The notes below the pieces were generated by a model. It was not told where the DNA came from, ran no database searches, and was given only the letters and a program-made list of their open reading frames with translations. 64,000 nucleotides of DNA from Octopus sinensis (Eukaryota), in assembly GCF_006345805.1 (NCBI RefSeq), contig NW_021833445.1, positions 1 to 64,000 on the forward strand. Reading direction: 5' to 3'. Positions 25,946 to 36,875 of this stretch are shown here, piece by piece; the first letter of the stretch is position 1; the number at the start of each line of letters is the position of its first letter. Made by a program: the position numbers and the translations under genes.

Positions 25946-26214
25946 TTTTTCTACAGCTGGATGCCCTTCCAAATGCCAACCACCCCACAGAGTGGGTTTG
26001 ATGCCTTTTGCATGGCCCCAGCACAGGTGAGATCAGTTTTGACACCGTTTTTACAGCTGGATGCCCTTCCTAAACACCAACTGCTCTGCAGAGTGGACTC
26101 TGTGCTTTTATGTGGCACCAGCACAGGGGAGATCAGTTTTTTTTTTATATAATAATAATAATATAATAATAATAATAATAATAATAATTTTTTATATAAT
26201 AATAATAATAATAG

Positions 26215-26410
26215 AGAGCGGCTAACAAAAGTCTTGCTGAGTGATGCCAAGACACCTTTGGCCTTCTTGACAATTTTAGAGATATGCTTTGTCCAACGCA
26301 AATCACTACTGACAGTGATGCCTAGGTCACGCTCGCAAGAGGATTTCTTGATATCAGTGTTGTGGAGGGAGTATGTGGACGCAGGGTTTTTTATCCCAAA
26401 ATACACTTGT
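26215..26410 (-). mobile_element. CR1/L2-type LINE fragment (post-RT region)
   Basis: YSLHNTDIKKSSCERDLGITVSSDLRWTKHISKIVKKAKGVLASLSKTF. Confidence 0.75.
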
Positions 26411-26668
26411 CCACAGCCAGTTTCAGTTGCCAGTCTGTGATCCGTTGCTGCACTGTGTCCAGGTCTGATTGCTGGAAAGAGGATGGCAGGTTGTTCTGGT
26501 TTTGACATGGTTTTTACAGTCAGATGCCCTTCCGAACACCAACCACTTTACAGTGTGGACTGGGTGCTTTTGCATGACACCAACCCTGGCAGGGTCACCA
26601 AATAACATACCCAACTGAGGGAGTGGTACAGGTAACATCCAAGCTACATATGTTTAGGCATAGGAGTA

Positions 26669-27089
26669 GCTTGTCAGTTGTTTGACCTCAACCCATTGAC
26701 TATGTCCCTTAGTGGCTGACGATATGTGCATCTCTGACCACGAGCATAAATAGTGGGGGAGCATCATAGCCATGTGTTGAGAGGAATTCTTTGGGGTTCA
26801 GATAATTTACCCGTGGAAACATGGGTGGTTCATTCAACATCCTTACACAACCCTTATTCAGGGACCTTTTGAGCGGGATGGGTTACTCGACCAGAAGAAA
26901 ATTCTAACTGAGCCCCACCTGCAAGGTCATGTGCTGTTCATCTTGATATGAGATCACCATGTCGCGCACATATTGTTGTGATGCATGTGCCTAGTGTACC
27001 CTTATCAGATGGGTAGTCATGATGGGTATACTGGGCTTCGTATATTTTACCCCAGTATCACTTTGATGGCATGCACTGCTCTCTCACTC
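26669..27089 (+). mobile_element. 556-bp element, left-truncated copy
   Basis: Matches 58371-58926; ends CTCTCACTC(AAT)n. Confidence 0.85.
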
Positions 27090-27112
27090 AATAATAATAA
27101 TAATAATAATAA

Positions 27113-27306
27113 TGATAAAAATCTTGACCAATATGTGGAACAAACAGGGGTTGCAATAAGGGTGGAGCACTTGCAGAAAACAGCACTGCTTGGAACCGCT
27201 TGAATCCTCTGGAAGGTGCTCAGAAAATAAGAGGTGTTACCTTAGTTCACTGGTTGTGAACAGCTGACACCGTAGTACATGTCCAGCGTTAGAAGCTGTG
27301 CAAAGA
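27113..27306 (+). mobile_element. Short 3' fragment of an RLE-type non-LTR element
   Basis: DQYVEQTGVAIRVEHLQKTALLGTA*ILWKVL resembles the RLE C-terminal LQKxALLGTAxIL motif; (TAA)n flanks. Confidence 0.65.
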
Positions 27307-27337
27307 CAATAATAATAATAATAATAATAATAATTAA

Positions 27338-27772
27338 TTGACATGAGTATTCCCTGTGATCACAATATAGCGGCGAAAGAATTTGACAAGATCAGTAAAT
27401 ATAAAGACCTGCTAATGGAAATTGAAAAAATGTGGCATCTCAAGGCGACTACAGTACCAGAGATTGTAGGATCTGTAGGAATGATAAAAAAAGGCACTGA
27501 AACCTATTTGAAAAGGATTCCAGGCTTACCAGCCCTACAGGAAGTGCAAAAAATCGTGTTAACTGGAACGGCTCATGTACTGAGAAGAGCATTATCACTG
27601 TGAAAACAACATCCATCCATGAATTTATTTATTTATCAATTTTTAAATACATATTCTACCTGTGAATTTGCGCGTGTAATCTGGGAATGCATACAATGAG
27701 CTTCTCTGCCCTAGGTGTACGGAAAACACTCGGCGAGAAAGGGAAGAAAATTTGAAGAAAGAAGGAAAAAAC
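27338..27772 (+). mobile_element. 5'-truncated R4/Dong-type RLE element, further subfamily
   Basis: IDMSIPCDHNIAAKEFDKISKYKDLLMEIEKMW...VQKIVLTGTAHVLRRALSL; (TAA)n flanks. Confidence 0.85.
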
Positions 27773-27788
27773 ATAATAATAATAATAA

Positions 27789-28297
27789 CAGATTTGCTTG
27801 TCAGTTGTTTGAATTGTTTTGTCTTGGTATAAAAGATGGGTTTTACAGCAAATATTCTGCTCAATACCACAGATTTGCTTGTCAGTTGTTTGACCTTAAC
27901 CAGTTGAGCATGTCCCTTAGTGGCTGACGATATGTGGATCTTTGATCACGAGCAGAGGTAGTGGGGGAGCATTATAGCCATGTGTTGAGAGGGATTCTTT
28001 GGGGTTTGAATAATTCACCTCTGGAAACATGGGTGGTTCTTTCAACATCCTTAAACAACCCTTATTCAGGGATCTTTTGAGCGGGATGGGCTACTTGACC
28101 AGAAGAAAATTCTAACTCGGCCCCACTTGCAAGGTCATGTGCTGTTTATCTTGATATGAGATCACCATGTCGCACACATATGGTTGTGATGCATGTGCCT
28201 GGTGTACCTTTATCAGACGGGTAGTCATGATGGGTATACTGGGCTTCGTATATTTTACCCCAGTGTCACTTTGATGGCATGCTCTGCTCTCTCACTC
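27789..28297 (+). mobile_element. 556-bp element, left-truncated copy ending ~50 bp before the SLC13 acceptor at 28349
   Basis: Matches 58371-58926. Confidence 0.85.
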
Positions 28298-28402
28298 AAT
28301 AATAATAATAATAATCCTTTTTTTTCTTTTTGTCTTTTCTCTCTTGCAGTAATCCAGCCTCCAGAGTTCAACCCCCAGCAAGGATAAAGCCCACCATTCA
28401 CC

Positions 28403-28510
28403 ATGGGCGTCCGGTTCTTTCTCAGGGAACTCTGGACATTCCGTAACATCTTCATCGTGATCCTCACCCCACTCTTACTTCTCCCCATACCCCTCGTTCT
28501 GAGGTCAGTG
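28403..28510 (+). CDS. SLC13: SLC13 coding exon 1 ([36 protein letters not shown])
   Basis: Kozak ACCATGG; donor GTAAGT at 28511; upstream polypyrimidine+CAG acceptor at 28349 implies a spliced 5' UTR. Confidence 0.92.
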
Positions 28511-29195
28511 GTAAGTTTCGACAACAGAGGGCGCTGTTGGCCCTTGTTTTTGTTTTTTTGTTAATTATTTCTATCTTTCACCGTGGACTACTGCCATGCT
28601 GGAGCACTGCCTTTGAAGAGTTTTAGTCAAACACACAGACCCTAGCACTCAATTCGTTTTTTAAAAGTCTTGTATTTGTTCTGTTGGTGGAGGCTCATGG
28701 CTTAGTGGTTAGGGTGTTGGACTCACAATCCTAAGATTGTGGTTTCGATTACTGGACCGGGCGATGTGTTGTGTTCTTGAGCAAAACACTTAATTTCACA
28801 TTGCATCATTCCACTCAACTGAACCACATTGGTTCCGGGTTCAGTCCCACTGCGTGGCACCTTGGGCAAGTGTCTTCTACTATAGCCTCAGGCCAACCAA
28901 AGCCTTGTGAGTGGATTTGGTAGACGGAAACTGAAAGAAGCCCATCGTATATATATATATGTGTGTGTGTGGTGTGTGTGTGTTTGTGTGTCTGTTTGTC
29001 CCTCCCAACATCTCTTGACAACCGATGCTGGTGTGTTTACGTCCCAGTAACTTAGCAGTTCGGCAAAAGAGAGACCGATATAGAATAAGTACTAGGCTTG
29101 CAAAGAATAAGTCCCGGGGTCGATTTGCTCGACTAAAGGCGGTGCTCCAGCATGGCCGCAGTCACATGACTGAAACAAGTAAAAGAGAGTAAAAG

Positions 29196-29240
<45 letters not shown>

Positions 29241-30572
29241 TCGACAGGAAGCTAAATGCGCCTATGCTATATTGGTGATGGCCATTTATTGGATCAGTGA
29301 GGCCCTGCCCATAGCCGTCACCTCCCTCCTGCCCCTTATCATGTTCCCCATGTTAGGGGTCTCTCCGGCAAAGCAGGTTGCGAAGAATTATATCAATGTG
29401 AGTGGCCCTTTTTGTTCCTTTCCTTCTCTCCTTACTGCTTTCTCATCTTTCTTTCTTTCTTTCTTTACATATTTGTTCAACATCACTACCATCATCATCA
29501 TCATCATTGTTAACTATACAACTGTTACTACTACCGCAACCACCTCCACTGCCACCACCACCACCACCACCACCACCACCACCACATTGCTACTACTAAC
29601 ATCACTACTACCACCACCGCCTCCACCGACTCCACCATCATCCACTACCTCTACCACCACCATCACCACCACCACCACCGCCATCACTACCGTCACCACA
29701 ATCATCACTACCACCACCACTACAACCACCACCACCACCACCACCACCACCACCACTACCACCACCGCCACCACACCACACCACCACCACCACCAACCAC
29801 CACCACCACACCACCACCACCACCACCACCACCACTACAACCACCACCACCACCACCACCACCGCAACCACAACCACCACCACCACCACAACCACACACC
29901 ACCACACCACACCACCACCACCACCACCACCACCACTACACCACCACCACCACCACCGCAACCACAACCACCACCACCAACCACCACCACCACCACCACC
30001 ACCACCACAACCACCACACCACCACCACCACCACCACCACCACTACAACCACCACCACCACCACCACTACAACCACCACCACCACCACCACCACCACCAC
30101 AACCACCACCACCACTTCCTTTCCTACGCATACGATGCCTTCTTACTTCCCGAATATCTATTTTCCTCTCGTCTCATTTAATTCCGATCTATCCCGTCAG
30201 GACACGTCCATGTTATTTGTCGGAGGCCTGGTCGTTGCTTTGGCAATCGAAACTTGGAACTTACACAAAAGAATCGCTTTACGGACGCTTCTTATATTTG
30301 GTACGGAACCAAAGAGGTAAGCCGCCATTTAACACCTGTAATCAGTGCCAGATTAATTACAAATGGGGCCCTGCGCTAATTAATTATTTACATTAGGCGC
30401 AGGAGTGGCTGTGTGGTAAGTAGCTTGTCTACCAACCACATGGTTCTGGGTTCAGTCCCACTGCGTGGCACCTTGGGCAAGTATCTTTTACTATAGTCTC
30501 GGGCCGACCAAAGCCTTGTGAGTGGATTTGGTAGACAGAAAGTGAAAAGAAACCTATCGTGTGTGTGTGTGT

Positions 30573-30658
<86 letters not shown>

Positions 30659-33014
30659 GAGGCGCAATGGCCCAGTGGTTAGGGCAGCGGACTCGCGGTC
30701 GTAGGATCGCGGTTTCAATTCCCAGACTGGGTGTTGTGAGTGTTTATTGAGCGACAACACCTAAAAGCTCCACGAGGCTCCGGCAGGGGATCGTGGTGAT
30801 CCCTGCTGTACTCTTTCACCACTCTTTCTTCTGTTGGCCTGCTCGCTTAGCCAGCGGGGTGGCGTCATTCGAAGGCTAAAACAATGCAAATGCATTGTGA
30901 CCAGCGATGTGTAACAACAACTGATGGTCTGGTCAGAAAGAAAAAAAGAAAAAAATATATATATATGTATGTGTGTGTATGTGTTTGTCCCCCCCCCCAG
31001 CATCCCTTGACAACCGGTGCTGGTGTGTTTACGTCCCCAGAGATTCAGTTGGTCATTTTTGGGAATCCAGCTGGAAAGTCCAATGACCATCCTGTCTTTA
31101 ATTCAGGCATAGTGTATCTAGGACTACATTATCTAATGTGTCCTTCTTGTTGTTTAGCCCCAGGTCAGTCCTGATCCAGACAGACCCATGATCAAAGATG
31201 TTCCAGCTGTGACCATCCTGTCTTTTATTCAGGCATAGTGTATCTAGGACTACATTATCTAATGTGTCCTTCTTGTTGTTTAGCCCCAGGTCAGTCCTGA
31301 TCCAGACAGACCCATGATCAAAGATGTTCCAGCTGTGACCATCCTGTCTTTAATTCAGGCATAGTGTATCTAGGACTACATTATCTAATGTGTCCTTCTT
31401 GTTGTTTAGCCCCAGGTCAGTCCTGATCCAGACAGACCCATGATCAAAGATGTTCCAGCTGTGACCATCCTGTCTTTAATTCAGGCATAGTGTATCTAGG
31501 ACTACATTATCTAATGTGTCCTTCTTGTTGTTTAGCCCCAGGTCAGTCCTGATCCAGACAGACCCATGATCAAAGATGTTCCAGCTGTGACCATCCTGTC
31601 TTTTACTCAGGCATAGTGTATCTAGGACTACATTATCTAATGTGTCCTTCTTGTTGTTTAGCCCCAGGTCAGTCCTGATCCAGACAGACCCATGATCAAA
31701 GATGTTCCAGCTGTGACCATCCTGTCTTTTATTCAGGCATAGTGTATCTAGGACTACATTATCTAATGTGTCCTTCTTGTTGTTTAGCCCCAGGTCAGTC
31801 CTGATCCAGACAGACCCATGATCAAAGATGTTCCAGCTGTGACCATCCTGTCTTTTATTCAGGCATAGTGTATCTAGGACTACATTATCTAATGTGTCCT
31901 TCCTTGTTGTTGTTTAACCACAGGCTAGTCCTGATCCAGCAGATCTATGATCAAAGATGCTCCAACTGTGACCATCCCGGCTTTTATTCAGACATAGTGT
32001 ATCTAGGACTACATTATCTGATGTATTCTTCTTTGTTGCTGCTGTTTAGCCCCAGGTCAGCCCTGATCCAGCAGACCTATGATCAAAGATGTTCCAGCTG
32101 TGACCATCCTGTCTTTTACTCAGGCATAGTGTATCTAGGACTACGTTATCTGATGTATTCTTCTTTGTTGCTGCTGTCTGTTTAGCCCCAGGTTATGCCT
32201 AATCCAGCAGACCTATGATCAAAGATGTTCCAGTTATGACCATCCTGCCTGTCATTCAAGCACACTATATCTAGGACATTCTAACCACGACCATCCCCTG
32301 TCACTTTCACAAGCAGTGTATCTTGGACCACATTACCAAACGTGTCCTTCATCTTAAAACTTTTTGAGAGTGACAACGCTGCTATTCCTAACGGACATAA
32401 TGACCACCACTTTAGAAACTTGTCTTATTCATACATCCTAGGTTGCTCCTTGGTTTAATGGTCACCACATGGTTCCTCTCCATGTGGATAAGTAACACCG
32501 CAACGGCAGCCATGATGATCCCCATTGCCGACGCCATTCTAAAGCAGCTGCAAATGGCAGACGAGGATGATACAGGTGAGTACGGAGTCACCTTGTCCGT
32601 CTGTGTGTCTGTTTGTGTTTACCGGGCTGTCTGTGTGTTAATTCGTCCATTTGCTTGTCTGTTTGTCTGCGTGTCTGTCTGTCTGTCTGTCAGTCTGTGT
32701 CTCTCTCTCTGTCTGTGTGTCTGTCTAACTCTCTCTCCCTGTCTATCAATCTACTTGTCTTTATCTATCTCTATCTGTCTCTCTATCAATCTATCTATCT
32801 ACCTGTCTGCCTGTCTATCTCTCTCTCTCTCTATCTATCTATCTGTCTGTCTATCTACCTGTCTATCTATCTGTCTATCTATCTATCTATCTGTCTGTCT
32901 GTCTGTTTGTCTATCTCTCTCTCTCTCTCTCTATCTATCTACCTATCTATGTATCTATCTATCTATCTATGTATCTATCTATCTATCTGTCTATCTATCT
33001 CTCTGTCTGTCTAA

Positions 33015-33053
<39 letters not shown>

Positions 33054-33117
33054 TATCTATCTACCTATCTATCTATCTATCTATCTATCTATCCATCAAT
33101 TCATCTATCTATCTATC

Positions 33118-33150
<33 letters not shown>

Positions 33151-33472
33151 TTGTCTTTATCTGTCTGTCTGTCTGTCTGTCCCTCTGTTTGCTTGTTAGT
33201 CTGTCTGCCTGTCTGTCTACTTATCTCTCTATCTATCACTATGATGCTCCCCCACTACTTCTGCTCATGATCAGAGATGCACATATCGTCAGCTACTAAG
33301 GGACATGCTCAACTGGTTAAGGTCAAACAACTGACAAGCAAATCTGTGGTATTGAGCAGAATATTTGCTGTAGCCCATCTTTTATACCAAGACAAAACAA
33401 TGTACATGATAACACTTGCAATCAGTTAAGATCAGAAGCCATGAGAGCCACTGTTTGGTACTGCATCAGGGC

Positions 33473-33516
<44 letters not shown>

Positions 33517-33889
33517 TATTATTATTATTCTATGTTTGACTTTTGCTTTACATTTGTACAAGTTGGCTCCAAATCTCACCCAGAGACCTCAAGAGACAAC
33601 AAGTTGGAAGTTTGTGTTGGTGTTATGCCTAGGGTGCCATATATTTGGTTTTGTACTTAGTGTTGTACTAGTGAATGTCTAAAAAACCATACGAAAATTA
33701 TGTTTGTTTTAAAACTTGAAATTACATAGAAAGTATTTTGCGTAGGATATGGGCAGTTCCCATGAGCACTATCTTTTGAATTTCTGCTATTTTGGGGTTT
33801 CCTGGTATCTGAGTTAGGTAGCAATCAGCCCCTTTTGCTATCATTCCCAGGGCACCTATGACAACAGGTATTGTTAATTATTATTATTA

Positions 33890-33927
<38 letters not shown>

Positions 33928-34836
33928 TAGTTTTATTTTTATAGCGTGCTTTCACTTCACTACCGAGCGCAGCTCTGTGTGCCTTGGGTATGTGCTGTGA
34001 TTTGTTGTGATGCTCTGATGGTTATTGTGTGGAAAGTGTTCTGCGTAGGATGTGTGCAGTGCCTAGTACTGCAATTTTCTGTATGTTATATGTGTTTGTA
34101 AGTCCTGGTGTTTTTGTTATGTATTTGTCTGAATATTTTTTTATCATGCCTAATGCACCTACTATGATAGGAATTGTTTCTGTTTTCAGATTCCACATTC
34201 TAGTTACCTCTATTTCCAGGTCTTTGTATTTTGAAAGTTTCTCCATTTCTTTTAGAGACACGTTGTCATCCGCTGGTATTAATACATCAATTAGAAAGCA
34301 TTTTTTTTCTTCGTGATCTCTGACAACTATATCTGGTCTGTTGGCCTTAATTTCTCTATCTGTGTGTATTGACATATCCCAGAGTATGGTTGCTTTCTCG
34401 TTTTCTGTGACCTTTTCTGGTGTGTGCCTATACCATCCTTTTTCTGTTGTTATTCCATAATGTTGGCATAGCTTCCAGTGTATATAGGTCCCAACTCTGT
34501 CGTGTCTGTGAATATATTCCTTCTTAGCCATGACTGGGCAGCCAGAGATAATATGATTTATTGTTTCTTGTCCATCTCCACATATTCTGCAGTTGTTATA
34601 TTTCTTTTCATTACATGTTTTTGGTAATTTCTGGTGGGGAGGCTTTGGTCTTGTGCTGCAATTAAAAATCCCTCTGTCTCTGCTTTGAGTCCTGAGCTTC
34701 TCAACCATTGCTGGGATTTTTCTTTGTCTATTTCTTTTGCGTTTAGTTTAGTCCAGTATTTACCATGAAGGGGCTTTTCTTGCCATCGTTTTATCATGGT
34801 TCGTTGCTGTTCTATTTTTAGTTTGGATTACATTTG

Positions 34837-34904
<68 letters not shown>

Positions 34905-35026
34905 TTATTATTATTGTTATTATTATTATTTATTATTTTTATTATTATTATTGTTATTATTATTATTATTTATTATTTTTATTATTATTATTATTGTTAT
35001 TGTTATTATTATTATTATTTTTATTA

Positions 35027-35064
<38 letters not shown>

Positions 35065-36605
35065 TTTATTATTTTTATTATTATTATTATTGTTATTGTT
35101 ATTATTATTATTATTTTTATTATTTTTATTATTATTATTATTTTTATTATTATTATTATTGTTATTGTTATTATTATTATTATTATTACTTATGCTGTTA
35201 ATACTGTTTCAATTATTTCCAAATTACCTGTCTGCGTACCTGTCTAGTCAAGGATAACGATCAAAGCCTCAAGATGGAAACCTATAAGAAGTTGGACCCA
35301 GAATCCACGAAGACTCTGGAAAAAACAGAAGCGATAGAAAATTCCACACAGGTAACAACAGCACCACCACTGCCAACAACAACAACGAAAGTTGCGACAA
35401 CAACAACAACAACAACACCTGCTGAGACAAACAAAACAGATTCTGATGTTACTGAGAAAGGGTAAGGATCCAGCATTGAGAGGGGCCAATTATTGTTATT
35501 CTCCTGAATGTTTTTCTGGTTCTGTCCATTAGTCTAGATGATACAAAAGGCTTCTTTCAGTTTCCGTCTAGCAAATCCACTCACAAGGCTATAGTAGAAG
35601 ACACTTGACCAAAGTGTCATGCAGTGAGACTGAACCCGGGTCCATATGGTTGGTAAGCAATCTATTTACCTCACAGCCACTCTGCAACTCTTTACTCTTT
35701 TTACTCTTTTACTTGTTTCAGTCATTTCACTGCGGCCATGCTGGAGCACCGCCTTTAATCGAGCAAATCGACCCCGGGACTTGTTCTTTGTAAGCCCAGT
35801 ACTTATTCTATCGGTCTCTTTTTGCCGAACCGCTAAGTGACGGGGACGTAAACACACCAGCATCGGTTGTCAAGCAATGCTAGGGGGACAAACACAGACA
35901 CACACTCACACACACATATATATATATATATACATATATACGACAGGCTTCTTTCAGTTTCCGTCTACCAAATCCACTCACAAGGCATTGGTCGGCCCGG
36001 GGCTATAGCAGAAGACACTTGCCCAAGATGCCACGCAGTGGGACTGAACCTGGAACCATGTGGTTGGTTAGCAAGCTACTTACCACACAGCCACTCCTGC
36101 GCCTACTATTTAGTTTTTTTGCTCAAGAGCCTGGGTGGAGTGTTAAGTTAGACACAGGAGCCATACACAAATTCAGGAGAGAGAATTTAGGTTGTAGGAG
36201 AAGTGTGCATGAGTGTGCGTGTGGGGGGAGGGGAACAAAGAAAGATAGTATTTTTCAAATAAAATCACTAATTTGATGTCTGGCTTATAGCAATAAATAT
36301 TGAAAATAAAAACGAAAAGTCGACCATGTGCAATTATGCATGACAGGTAAGTAATTTACAATATCAGGTATACAAAAGCTATGAGCAAATTATGCATATA
36401 AAAAAAATACCAAAGAAATCAAAAGTAATAAAAAAAAATAGGCACAGGAGTGGCTCTCCAGTAAATAGCTTGCTTACCAATCACATGGTTCCGGGTTCAG
36501 TCCCACTGCGTGGCACCTTGGGCAAGTGTCTTCTACTATAGCCTCGGGCCGACCAAAGCCTTGTGAGTGGATTTGGTAGACGGAAACTGTAAGAAGACCG
36601 TCATA

Positions 36606-36653
<48 letters not shown>

Positions 36654-36839
36654 AATATGTATAATATAGGCGTAGGAGTGACTGTGTGGTAAGTAGTTTG
36701 CTTACCAACCACATGGTTCCGGGTTCAGTCCCACTGCGTGACACCTTGGGCAAGTGTCTTCTACTATAGCCTCGGGCCAACCAAAGCCTTGTGAGTGGAT
36801 TTGGTAGACGGAAACTGAAAGAAGCCCGTCGTATACATG

Positions 36840-36875
<36 letters not shown>

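Noticed and set aside
35352-35357. Alternative donor CAG|GTAACA inside exon 5
   Set aside because: Phase 0, incompatible with the phase 2 start of exon 6.
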